This document shows positions 1-14,200 of a stretch of DNA of 64,000 nt, in pieces (the first letter of the stretch is position 1; every line of letters begins with the position of its first letter). The stretch comes from Mytilus edulis (lineage: Eukaryota). Position numbers and translations under genes: made by a program. Below the pieces are notes generated by a model, which had not been told where the DNA came from, did no database searches, and saw only the letters and a list, made by a program, of their open reading frames with translations. The stretch lies in assembly GCF_963676685.1 (NCBI RefSeq), contig NC_092352.1, positions 61,380,001 through 61,444,000 of the forward strand, written 5' to 3'.

Positions 1-234
1 GATGTCGAATTTTCATTCCTTGAATAAGAGCTATTATTATGTTGTATACAGGGTTATGAATTTGGGCGTGTCTTTCTGTGATCAGCAATGTATATAGATG
101 TAGGCGAATCAAGGAGAAACATTGGTTGATTATATAGGGAATCACTGAAACATGACTGCAGCGGGCGCCTCTTTTGCTTGTCAGTACCAAACCCTTTTCA
201 CCAAATATAACAATTTCTGGATCTGCCCTTCATA

Positions 235-445
235 TGCTGTGGATTAATTATAATTTGTTGGATACCAATTTTCGTGGGTTTCGTGGATACAGGTAAACCA
301 CCAATTCAAATGTTCAACGAATAAAATACATTCAATAGGCTTTGTATACAGAGATTGGCAAAACCACGTAATCAAATATCCATGAATATGAAAGTTTAAG
401 CAATCGACGAAACTTAATCCCAACGTAATAAATGAATCCACAGCA
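235..445. mobile_element. ~210-bp MITE (ctgtggatt.att TIR)
   Basis: tgctgtggattaatt ... aatgaatccacagca; homologous copy at 42182-42399. Confidence 0.7.
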
Positions 446-566
446 CTTACTTTCTTCATCATTTAAAAAATAAAAGTCCGTTCTTGTATAAACACATGAT
501 AAAGTCACAAATAACTTTTACTTAATTTTTTTATTTTTTCATTTCTAATAAATTATCTTTAATAAC

Positions 567-1232
567 AGGGGCACTAGCTACAAGATGCATAATACATTTA
601 AATTCGGATTTGTTTTGTTCTATTATTAATGAAATTGAAATAGTGGAGAATAATACAAGTTTATCATTATAAGCTAAGAAAAATCGTTGATGCATAATTC
701 AAATGCAATGAATAATTAGACCTCATTGAATCCGTATCCTTGCGAATGCCAATTGAACCCCTTAGCTACAGATGGATTACACATGACTGGTGTCTGTTCA
801 GTCATTAGAAGAAAAGAATGTCAACCTTGAAATTAAAACAAAGGTAAATCATTGAATGAATTATTCCATCCACAAAAAAAAACATTCTTATAAGGGTCAA
901 ATCGAAAGTTTAGCCTATTTTTTAACCTAAAACATGAAATTAAGTAGACATAAAAAAAATCATTTGCACGAGGACCATGTCTTTTTATATTTATGTTTAT
1001 GTTTATATTGTGTTATGTGACCGTCTGTAGTTTTCGGGATCGTCTCGAGAATTAATTAGATGGCATCTAGGCTAAAATACACAAAATATTCTGATATATA
1101 TCCTCTAGTAAATACACTGTTTACTGTTTATTTTAAACTTGGTATAAGTTGGATATATGTTTAAGTATGTTATAAAAAAAAATAAGAATTTGAGTCAAAC
1201 CGGTGAATATGATTTTGACAGCTAGTGCCCCT
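567..1232. mobile_element. MITE with a 13-bp TIR aggggcactagct
   Basis: aggggcactagct at 567 and agctagtgcccct ending at 1232. A matching solo right end occurs at about 6760-6844. Confidence 0.7.
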
Positions 1233-2279
1233 TTTAACACAATTTTATAATTGAATAATAAATATACATTTATAATGTTAACTGGCTCGATCGTACAAGA
1301 GTTACTCTCCTTTGCATACACATAATACTTTAAACTGATAAAAAGAGAAACATTTGTTTATATACATAAATTCGCAGAACGACATTCCATACTAAAAGAC
1401 AAAATTGAGACATATGGTCCAGCTTTGTTTCATGAAAAAAAGGCAAATACATAGTATTTTTAAAGAACACGTTTGTACAAGTATATTGCTAGTACGAAGT
1501 CAATATGTGTTGATACTAAATGATTTAGACGTTGTTTCGAACATGTAATGATGTCTGCTCTAAAATTCAAAATGTTACAACTTCCGCTTATTGAATAAAT
1601 TTTTCTAATGACCTATGGCAATAAAAAAGTTCTTTTTTGTCATTTTCATATCCCTTATATCAATTGAAATCAACATTGCCTGGAACAAATGAGCTGTAAT
1701 TTGATAGACGATAGACAACATGTGAATTTTAAATTAATCTTTACACATTAAAACATTCAGTTTATACCAAACGTGTTTAAAGTAGAATGCGATTGTATGT
1801 TGCTGTTGTTAGATAAGATCAGCCAGAATGTGTTGACCATTTACATTATTTAAGTTGAAACTTGTGATGTCATTGTGACGTTATTAACATATCAACAATA
1901 TGTATTTGGTATAACTGGTCAGTCAATGCTAGATTGTTGAAAAATGTTAAAACCCGTCTAAAAAAATATTTTTGCGAAATGTTAGTCGATCGAATCTTGA
2001 ATCTTTATGTGAAATTTAATAAAGTATAACAACTTCTACAAGCAAAGCCGTATATGAACATTAAAAAGGAAAACCTGTTGTCACGAAAAGATATGGATAA
2101 ATCAAAACACATAAAAATCTGAAAAAACATATAATTAATTGCATAAGTACATGTAGTTGTACATTAATGTTAAATAAAGTATACTTGAAAAAGCAATGTT
2201 CAAAGTTTCCTTCCTCATCTATTAAAAACATTTGTCCACGCGCAATCCCGGAAATCATTGTTTCTCATATCGATATAAA

Positions 2280-5200
2280 ATGAAGTATCAAATCATACTT
2301 TTTTTTTGTTTTGGAATAAGATATTCCTCTCAATTAGATCATCTCTGTTATGATAAGTTTACAAAGTAAGTGTCTATTATATCAGGGAAAATTTAAGTTC
2401 ATTCTCATCATGTTAGAACAAATATTTCCTTACGCAATCGACAATTTAACATTGACAATTTCGAGTTTTTGATGGGGTTCGTTAGTTTAAACTAATTTTA
2501 TTTTGTGTGCTAAAGCAAAATGGATTTGTTACAAGTAAATCACACTTATGCAGTATTTTCCATAATACAATATAAATTACAATAGTAGTATAATCCATAA
2601 ATGGGGCTCGTGTTACTAAGTCTTCAGTTTTCTAAGTTGTGTTATGTATGCTATTGTTTGTCTTTTTCTGTTTGGTCAGTTTATTTTCGACTAACGAAAA
2701 AACAGTCCACTGGTATATTTCGCCTCTCTGTTACCTTTATAGCACACTTGAGAAATTAAAAAAAACCCAACATTTTCAACCTTTGATTTAAGTTGGAACA
2801 TCCTAGTTATCATTTTTAATATTCAACTTGATAGTGTGGAAATTAATTCTGCGATCGATGTCTCTGTGACATCATGAACATGTAAAAATATAAAAACATT
2901 ATGACAGTAACTGCATTGCGAAAAAGTATAAATTCACACACTGTATGTCTCTTATCGTGATTAAAAACAAATTTGCTGCAATCAAGTAAATTCAAATATT
3001 AGTGAGTTGAACTTATAAAAGTTTCTAGGTTAATTTTTTGGTATATTATTGTGAGGGATGTACAATCATACTCGGCTCTATCAACAATATGACATCCTAG
3101 ATGTCACTGCGTATATGTAAACTAAAAGTTTAAAAGAAATATATATACTATGATATTATGTCAAAGCCATTTACACCGTCATATACAGGATGTTTTCAAA
3201 ATTTCTAATGGTACATGAAAAAATTCAAAGCTTTACTGTTTACATGAATCGTCTGTTATGTTCAATGGTGAGGGAAGTTATAGATGTTGTAAAGATGGCA
3301 GACTGCAGATACCGCAATGATATATTGTGTTCTGCAAAGATTTGTAGGGACATAGTATCCTATTTTAGTGATCCCATAAAAATTGAATATTCTTTAACGT
3401 CCTTGTTTATGCTAACCTGAGCCAAATGGCTTTAGATTTGTATGGGTTACAAACAAGGCAGCACATATTGAATGTATTATGTCTTATTACAGTATTAAAG
3501 TTCAGAAATATCATTCCAACGAGAAAGTTTTAAGGTCCTTAAATATATTTTTTTATCACTCCAGACGTCGTGACGTATGCTGCGATAACTACGAATGGAT
3601 TAACCGAAAGTGCACCAGTAAGTTTCATGTAAACCACTTTTGACTTTAAATTGTGCGTCAACATTGATACCACTCAGCAAATACTACTGTTGTACACAAC
3701 AGATTTCTGTTTGCAATTTTTTCATTCAAACTGGAACTATTTCAAATAATACACCGGTTTTCTTTTTGCATGGCGTTCTCAGTTTATTTTCGACGTATGC
3801 GTTCAAATGTCCCTTTGTAATCGGTCGCCTCTATTCAATCTAAAGATTTGTTGAACTAAATTCCAATTAAAAGACAACTTCGAGGTCAATCATGCAGCAC
3901 AAACCCTAGAAATATGTAAGAGGAAAAAACGGAAGTTATATTAATGTCATTGTTCTCACTTACCCTACATGGATTGGGTAGTGATTGATATTGATGTAAT
4001 TATTGATTTTTTTTTTATCCCAATTATAGTTTTTATATTGATAAATCAACAGGTAAATATGAAGTTGACTCTTTAATGCACACAGGTCACTATGACGGCC
4101 ATGTTGAACACCTGTTGAAATGAAATGCCATTTTACTCATTATAGTCATTTGTAAATACAAAATGTATACTGTAGATATATTTGCCAGATCTAAATGTTT
4201 GGGTCATTTACATTGCTTGTGGTATTACATAAACCTGAAAAGTCTGAATAGAACATATAATTAATTGGTAATGCGTTCCAATTACATGAAGCAAAGGTGC
4301 CTTACTTACATGGAATTGACAATCCACGATATTTTCCTTTTTTCTGTCATAGTTCCTAAATATGTATACTAGGATGCACTATTGATTTTCAATTTATAAG
4401 TGAATTTCGTTGAATGTTTTTCAAACGTCAATTAAGCTACATATTCACATTAACAAAATACAGAAATTGTATTAACAAATATCTAAATGTAGCTAAGTAA
4501 ATGGTACATTATTTTCCCGTAATTATGCAGGTAAATACACGCAAAATGTTATCGTTACATGTATGGCAATTCGTCAAATACTTCTTTTTTCTGAGAAAGT
4601 ATTATAACATTTAGTAATACTCGTATTGCAGTTTGATTTAGACAAAGTTATAGCAGCCTATTCAAAAGACAAAATAAAATCCCCATTATATTTAGCTTCA
4701 AACAAAATGCAAAAAGTAAAATTAAGAGAGAAGAAGAAACACAAGACGAATAACATTATGCTTTCATGGTACTATAAATTGTAAGGGATTGACAAACTAT
4801 CTGATTTATAAATTAGAGTGCAAAATTGGAACGACTGCGGAGGCTGGAGGTCGATGTTTGTCATGCCAAAATGACACGTATGGTGAGAAGTGCGGTAAGA
4901 AGTGTGATTGCAATCAGACACAGAGGTATATCTATATGTTTAAAGTTAAAATCTAACATCGTCACTTACACATGTAACATAAAAAACTTTTATTATTTTC
5001 ATATTTAACTTTCATTGACTCCCTCTTGCTTTTATTGTGAGACACCAATTTAACATGTTTTTTGGTTAGATTATTGTAGAAACTCATTTAACTCACAAAA
5101 GATTGTCCGATTTAAGTTTGAGTACATTTCGTTGAATAGAAGTATGTAAACACGGCATCAGACCAATGTTCTAAAACTCAATTCTTCTGCATTTGACTCA

Positions 5201-8200
5201 GCTCACCATCTGGGCTGTAATCAAAATTGGCTGAAAGCCGTATCCGAAACGCATTGAAACAAAATTTTAAACAATATGTACCAAATACGACTAAGCATAA
5301 ATGTTCATGCGGGATACAACAATTTTTAAGCAGCATAATTAATAGCTTAATGTTTATTTTCTTATACTTAGACAGTCAGCTTATTGCTGCGTCGTTTATA
5401 CTTCCAGGTTAGGTTCATTTATACCATCTTTTGTACTGCAACCTTATTGTTTTATTTTAAATTCGTAATAACATGACACAGGATGACTACAATATTAAAA
5501 TCAACTGATCGATTATTTTCACTACAGGTGTGATGCTATAGTCGGGTGCATTCCAAACACTAGCACCTCTACAATAAAAACTACATATACAGGTAAACGT
5601 TACCACCATTCAGTACTTCGAAGCTTTGTTGTGCTGATGGTTCACACAATTGGTTTATTTTCGTTTGTTTTGTTAAAGCTTTGATACATATTATTATTAT
5701 TAGAGAAAAAATAGCAATTTATACTGTAATCATTTTTTTCTGTTTACTAAGATGAATACTAAAATACCATATTCTGCTGAGTTTGTTTCAAACTGCAATG
5801 CATTTCTTTTTTATTTTACATTTGTTTTATCAAACGTAAAGTAAAAGACATGTGACAAGTATAATTGGTATACACAAAATCTTCTTCCACAGAACTTTCA
5901 ACGTGGTTGTTTTGATAAGATGAGCTAAACGAACCAACGCCTGTGTAACATTTACTATTAATAAAACAAACAAAATTATAAACATTGAACACCTCTCGAT
6001 AACTAAAAAGAATGTTCCTATCAAACCCTTTGGTGAAATCGGGTGCTCATGACACATTGTGAGTGTATTTACAAGTGACAGCCGTCAATACTCCTGCTTA
6101 TAATCTTAAACTGTATCTATTTTTTTTAATACACCTGTGACGTCACGTTTGCGGCATCTATCGATGGATCGATGGTTAGTTACCACTTCGGTGTTGACAT
6201 GAATATCAATCATATGGTAATTTTTATATTTTTTTAATAAAGGCAAGGATAAATTATTCTAAATATTGAGGAATGTCTTGTCCCAGGCATGGATAACCTT
6301 AGCCGTATTTAGGACAACTTTTTGAACTTTTGGTCATCAATGGACTTCAACTTTACTTGACTTTCTTTACTATTGAGCTGAACGTCACTGATGAGTCTTA
6401 TATAGACGAAACACGCGTCAGCGTATTAAATTATAAGCCTGGTATCTATGATACCTATTAGAATGTCGAAATGTCCTTGTTTTGTTCATTTGTGAATTTC
6501 TCTATCCTGAATGTTCTTGCATTTATTTGTACAGTAGTCCTGTCATGTAATGTTGTCATTTAAGTGTTTTATCTAACATTTCCATAAAAGCACGAGGTCC
6601 AGCAGAGGAGCCTTACTTACATGAAATTGCCTCTTCATGTTATATCCCTTTTTGCTTCAGATCTCCTGAATGTATCATACATCATACATCATACAATATC
6701 GGCTTTCGATTTATTAGGTTTCAAATGCGGGATTATTTGGATGCAAAAAAATTAATTAAAAAAATGTATTACATGGGTATAAATCAAATATAAGAATGTG
6801 AATCAAATCGGTGAAAAAGAATTTGACAGCTAGTGCCCCTTTAAATGAATCAATGATTGATTATATATCATGTTTACGTGACGTTAAGTAGGCAGATTTA
6901 TAAATCATAATGACAGTACCTGCATGAATTACGCCTGTTTATCGATATCGGCGCACAATACGTGAAATTAAAATATATACCAATCGAAGAATGCAAGTTT
7001 TGGTTACGCGCAATCGACTTTATTAAAAAATCAATTAATCTTAGTAAAAAAGTTAAATGCAAAATAAAGGGGGGAATTTAAGCATTAAATAATTTTGCTT
7101 TTGAAAATATTCTTAAAATACCCAGAAGCAGCAACTGTTATAATATGTATAACAAGTGGTAGGTAAACCAGAAAAAGGGTCATAGTATTTATATACTCAT
7201 AAGTCTAAACGTATCACTCTTCAAATATAGGGCTGCATCATATGCAAAAAAAAAAAAATATTAAGTCTTGCATGCAAATTGATGACTTTTTGTATGAATT
7301 GTTTTTTTGTAGTGACACATCTTTAAGTTAATAGATGATAGTCCAAACGAAAGCTTCCGTGTTCGTGGTATCTTTTTTTGCAAACCAACGTATTGCATAG
7401 CGGCGCAAAACTGGTGATAGTAAAATAAAAAAGCTAGCGCATGTTATGATTATGTGTATCCCTTTTATCGTTTTTCAAACACCAAATCAAAAATGAAAAG
7501 AAATGTTTTACACATTAAATATTATCTCTACAGGACCCATTGAACCAACTTTACTTCCGAATGAAAAAGACACTTCAAATGAATCAACATTAACAAGGAA
7601 TGGTAAGCAAAAACACATGCAAATGATTATTATTGTTGTTTCTCGATTTTCTGATGAGTTTAATCAATCTTGCATTTAATTAACATAAGAACATACTATT
7701 GGTTGACAGAAAACGGTCTTATACTTAAAGATGCAATTATATAGTCTGCTATATGAATATACGTATGTAATTAGTCTAAACATTTTTATTTATAATGGAT
7801 TGCATTGAGAAACAAGTTTTGCAACTTATATTAATCCCTTTTCACTTTACGGGTGCCAGTACTGCCTTGTAGCGGCATTAGCCTGCTCTTTCCGAATCTA
7901 CAAGGGTGTCTTTAACGTGCATGAGATATGGCCCTCTCTGAACACGGGTAAGCCATTTATCGATTATACAGATGTTATTGCTTTCAAGATCGATACACAT
8001 AAATTAATCATTGTGTTATTTTCAAGACGATAGGGTCAGAAAAATATCGGACTAATGATCAACTTTATCCCACGGTATATGTGATATCAAAGAAAAAAAG
8101 TAAATGTGTGTGAGTTTGTATTTGCATGTGAAATAAGATATATATATTTTTTTATATTTGAACCATTATATTGTATTTATTCTTAGTAATCATTATTTCA

Positions 8201-11200
8201 GGAGCTCCTGATGACTGGATAATTTATACACTGTGTATTACTAGTTGTTTCTTTGTTACTGGCTTTGGACACCTTTTTCGTATATACATAAAACGTCGAT
8301 CACAAAAAGTTGGAATCATCAAGAAAAAAGGTATCCCGGAACCTTTCACGTCATCTATTGGTGACTTTAATCAAGAAGACAAGACGCCAATACAATTTGT
8401 AACGACGGGATCAAATGTAACACCCAAAGCATCTCATGAGGACACTATTAACTTTGTTTGTCATGAAAGACAATCTTACATAACATTGATGAAGATGATG
8501 AAGATGGTAATTTTGACCTTTATTTCGATATGAAGGAAGACGTTGATCACCAAGTAGAACACCATGCATTACAAAAGGAATGCCTTTCAACAAGTTCTTT
8601 CAACTCAATCGTTGTTAGTCAAGATAAAACAGAAATTGATGAACCGCTATCAGATTATTGCCAGGAAGATGCACATGCGTGTGAGGTATCCGTTACGGTT
8701 CATGAAAGACAATCTTATACAGCATGTAATGAAGATGATGGAGTTGATGAAGCTGGATATTTTGATCTTTATTTTGATATGAAAGAAGACGTCAATCACG
8801 AAGTAGAACACCATGCATTGCCACATAAAAGCCTTTCAAATAATTCTTTTAACTCAAACGTTGTTAGTAAAGATAATACAGAATTTTATGAACCGCTATC
8901 AGGGTATTGCCAGGAAGATGCACATGCGTGTGAGGTATCCGTTACCGTTCATGAAAGACAATCTAATATAGCATGTAATGGAGATGATGAAGTTGAAGAA
9001 GCTGGATATTTTGATCTTTATTTCGATATGAAAGAAGACGGCAATCACCAAGAACAACACCATGCATTGCCACAGAAAAGCTTTTCTAATAGTTCTTTTA
9101 ACTCAAAAGATGTTGGTCAAGATGATACAGAGTTTCTGAAACCGCTTTCGGAATACTACCAAGGAGATTTAGATGCGTGTGAAGAATCTCTTTCGGTTAA
9201 TCAGTGCATCGAACGTTCTTCATTGTCTAAAGAAGACACTGCAAGCAATGTATATGTTAATGTGTACCAACTGCTGCAAAATGATAGGCAAAAGAATAGT
9301 TAGCTGGCGAATGGAAACCGGCTGTCTCCAGATAGTTATTCAGCTCGTGATAAACACTGAAGAAAGCCATTCCATCACGATATCGAACAAGTTATTCACA
9401 GTATTGCACAAACAAGTATGCTGAATCGGAGATAACGATTAATGCTTGTGGTTCAATTGAATCTAACAATGACAAATCAATTACTGAGGAAAAGTCGAAG
9501 ACAATTTAAAAGTAAACACTTCGAAGATGAGTAAGCAGAAAATCTTTCGAACATTCTGTTTTTTTATATCCTAAACGAGATGCAAGTATAAGATTTTAAT
9601 AATGTAAGAACATGTTTGTGTTTGTATTATTGACTTCTAATCATCATCAATTCGGTTGCTTTTATATGTAAAGAAAAAATTAAAAACATATTTTGTTGTA
9701 TATCAAATGTAAATCTTGTAATCGAGGTTGACATTGTGACACAGACTGATTGAAAAGGACTTTAAACTTATCATTCTTTATTCAATAATGTATGTGTGCA
9801 ATGTTTTATTAAGCCTTATAGTTTTCTAGAAATAAATTTAACTTAACATGGTTAATGTCTCATTTGATTCAATCAAATATTAAGAATACAATATATTTTG
9901 AAAATAGTTTGAAAACATGTCACTTTTACGTGTCACGGTTTAACAGTGCCGCAACATCATATTGATTCACATCGTATACATGACCTCTGGATACCCGTTT
10001 TACTTGAAACATTTTACTTTCCGATTGTGCACTTTGTAAAAAGCATTTTTATACACCTTTTACCTAATTCAATAACCAAATAACATCTTTTTATAGTAAG
10101 GTTGTTTAATTGAAGGGGAGTATTAAATACTATCCTGATTTTCATTTTTTAAGAACACACTTTAAATCATAACTTGTGTAATGCCTAGCTGAAAGAAAAA
10201 CTTTAAGGATGTACACCTCTGAGAATTCAAAAATTTCTAGAATAAATCTTTTTTTCTTAACCTGATTTTTGGGTTTATAAGACTGTAACAAAATAATTGG
10301 TGAAGAAAAAATCATATGGTGGTGCACTTCTTTTTTAGCTACGGCCCTTTAAAAATGCCCAATTTTGATGATTTTCCCATTTTTCATCGATTTTTACCTA
10401 TTTTATTGAAAAAAAAACCACAGTTCCACAATTAAACTTTTTTCATACTTTCTATAAAGATGAAGTGGACCAATCTAAATAAATTTTACTTAAAAAAAAC
10501 TATAGGTAGGTGTTAATATAAAAAAGTTTTATAATATTTTGACGCTTTTTGGTGTAAAATTTACCATGCTGTCAATTTTGTATTTTTGTGATTTTTCTCA
10601 GTTTTAAGAACAAAATACATATTATTTCAACTTTTTTGTTATAAATAATTGAAAAAATACATATCTAAGAAATTTGAAAAGACCAAAATGATAGGGGATG
10701 TACAAGATTCTTGAAAAATAATTTTTTGTATCCCTCACCCATTTTCTCAAAATTTGGGCTAAAAATACAGACTTGATTGGTCGTAAAATTTGAAAACTTG
10801 ATTACTCAAAAACCATTCATTGTAAATACACAAATTTTTCACAGAGTTATGTTTGATAATAATATTTTTAAAATTCATTGATATTTTCCACTTGTATAAC
10901 ATGTTTTGGAAATAATTCAAGAACGAGATTTCAACGAGACTGAACGAGACTGAAAAGTCAGAAGAATACACCCTTAAATCGAAATTTGTGTACTGCTAAG
11001 CTGAAAGAAAAACATAGAATCGATAAAATAATATTCATTGACGGTATTTAAATCAGAAAATGCTAATTTCAAGGCTGTTTATGTCGTATAACACATCTTG
11101 AAGTGTCACTATTGTCAAAGAAAGAACAGTTGACGGTCAATCATTCATTTGATAAATTCTGACACCACTCGATATGTTAAGGACAAGAAATACCATCTTT

Positions 11201-14200
11201 CCTGGAATATAATGGGAACAAAATAACAGCCAGCATTGCATTATTTAAACAATAGCGGCACAGCATTAGTGGTAGCAAAATTAGAAAGAATTCGGATTAA
11301 TGTTATGTTATGTTATGCTATGTTTTTTTTTTTTTTTAACTTAATCAGGTATAAAACATGCAAAAACAATGTTTGTAACCATTAGACAATTCCTCTGTAG
11401 GGAATACTGAACCAGCAATACTTCTGAATAAAACAATCACTACAAAAGAAACAACGGTTATGAACAGTGGTAAGTACAATCACACATATTTTGTTTGTGC
11501 GTCACCTTCGAATAAAATAAATCATTGCATGAAAATTTCTAAATATCATTAGATAAACAGATGATATATTCTTCAAAACGTAAATGTATTGTGCTCTAAT
11601 AATAACTGGTCGATATATAAATTAAAATAGAAGTCTTAGAATAAAAGCGAAATATACCAATGACCTTTTAGCGAAAAGGCAAATAACTGTTTACAAAACA
11701 CAACATAGACAAACTAAAAGGAAACAAACACCTTCACAACCGGAGTGATCGTCTGTGCTCTGCAAGTGCTAGCAGATAATGCTCCAAGTGGAACCTTTCG
11801 TGTTGTTCTCAAATAAATGTCCTTTTATTGAAAATATAGAAATATCTCATATACAGATAATATTCTGAGATTGCTCTGACGCTAATGGCATTCTATAGTA
11901 GTTATTCGGATTGTTGGATGTCAGAGCGCAGTATATATAAATTATATAATTGCCGATCATGACTGAAGGCGGCCAGTTATGTCTAGAGATAGAGACATAT
12001 CCATTTACCAGCAGAATACATTTTCGCTCTCATTAATATTTTTCATCTTCAAGCATGTTTATTCTATTCAACGACTACCATCTGATAGCACAGACAATCG
12101 CTGTATTCTAGTAGGCTCTTAGTTCAGGATCTATCCTGTCATTTTGATCAAATTATGACTGCGTTATGGCATTTGATGCAAATATATTTGCTGATGTAAT
12201 TGTATATGTAAAGCCGTCGTTGAATCACAAAGGTAATCACGATTTTCTTCCTCCACTCAAATACAAACGACTCGTTAACCAACTCATTTGCATAAAGAAG
12301 CTCAAATGAGTACAAATAGTTCAAAGAAATAACGATACTTTGCAGTGATAAGCATGCGCTTATCATGTATTGGTATGAGGAATGACATTGTCATTTATGC
12401 TAATGGGTTGTAGTCGGGCAATAAAAAAGTACATATTTGTGTAAAAAAATAGTGATATAACGAAATATCATAAAGGATTTATCTGCTTACACAAAATCTT
12501 TAAAGTTATCTAAACATCTACTTGTCACTGCAAGTGTCGGCGATTAACATATTTTATATGGAATGAGTTCTGAAATTCAGCGGACTAAGCGATCCATACA
12601 TTAGTCTTCCGGACTAAACATTATACCACTTTGTGTCAACTATGTTGTGAAAACAAAACGATATGGACATGCTAAACAATATCAGTTTTCTACGTATGAC
12701 ACTCTCTGACAATATGAAATATGTGTTTAAAAAATTCCGAAAGGTAATTCACCAGAAGAACTGTAAAAAGGTAAAAAGTTCATCCACCAAGAAAAGTGAT
12801 GTAAAGTAAAAATAAAAGATGTTGTATGATTGTCAAGGAGACAACTGTTCACAAAAGACCAAATGGTACAGAAATTATCAACTATAGGTCACACAGAACG
12901 GACTTAAACAATGAACAAAGTCAATACGGCATAGTCAGCTATAAAGGCCCAGAATGACAAATTTAAAGCAGTTCAAACAAGCAAACTAACTGTTAATTTA
13001 TGTATAAAAAACGATAACCTCTGAATTATTGGCTACTGACAGGCATATCATGCATCATAAACTAGATAAGCAATCATTGCACATCCCACTTCTTATAAAT
13101 TTGTTGTAAAGACGTCCTAAAAGATCAGAGAAAAAATGTGACCTTGTGCAATGCCAATATACAGGTCCATGAGAGTGTATTTGCATGTGTTATTAGGCTC
13201 ATACACTATTTTAACAGTTATTGATATGTTTTAATATAATTGAAGGAACGGCAATATCAGAATGGATCATTTTGACAATATGTATAACCGGTTGTTTCAT
13301 TATGGCTGGTTTTGGTTATTTGATTTGTACATTCAGAAAACGACTGTTTATGGAATCAAGAATCACAAATGAAGACGTGATATTAGAACCCTTAGAACCT
13401 TCTCCTTATTTTGGCGTCTATGATGAGATTGATGAGAATCCATTAACATTTGACACGACGGATATAAACGTACCATCACAAGAATCTCATTACGAAACTA
13501 TTGATATGGTTTCTCAAGAGAGTCTTTCTATTGCAACCAGTTCTGAACATGGTGACACAGGATACCTCGATCCTTATTTCACAATAGAAGAGGATGAAAA
13601 TTACCAATTGCAAGATAAAACATCACAGGCAGAATGTAGTTCATTTAATTCGTCCAACGAAGACGGTGTAGATCAAGACAATAAAGCATATAACAATCTA
13701 TATCAACCACTTCAGGAGAATTGGCAACTAGATTCACATGGTTACGAAGTCCCTGTGATGGTTCATAAGAAATTCAAAATTTCTGCAAATGAATATGTCA
13801 CAAATAATGCATCTTATAATCATGATAATGTGAACAATCCACTACAAAAAGACAGGTATATGAACAATCCCACATATGAAAATCAGAAGTTTCAAGAAAC
13901 AAAAGCAGGCAATGATAAAACATTGGTTGGAGATGATTCATCATATGTATTAAAAATTGGAAACGTACATGATTACATAAACATGAAAGCTGAATCTAAT
14001 ATATCAATGATTAATTGTCATACAGTGGAATCGTGCAAACCGACTGATCGAGACAAGTCAGCGGCAACTGAACAGAAATCATTTCGTAGTGAAATTGATT
14101 TAAAAGATGAGTCAACGAAAGCAAATTCAAACAAAATATATTTAAACAAAATATATCGGGACGAAAATGATAGTAACTCGAACAGTTATGAAGACGCCAA

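Noticed and set aside
13680-13890. Canonical ITAM in the receptor tails
   Set aside because: The paired tyrosines are YQPL-x10-YEVP here (and YKPL-x10-YENQ/YEIQ in genes 3 and 2). The second motif lacks L/I at +3, so these are not true ITAMs.
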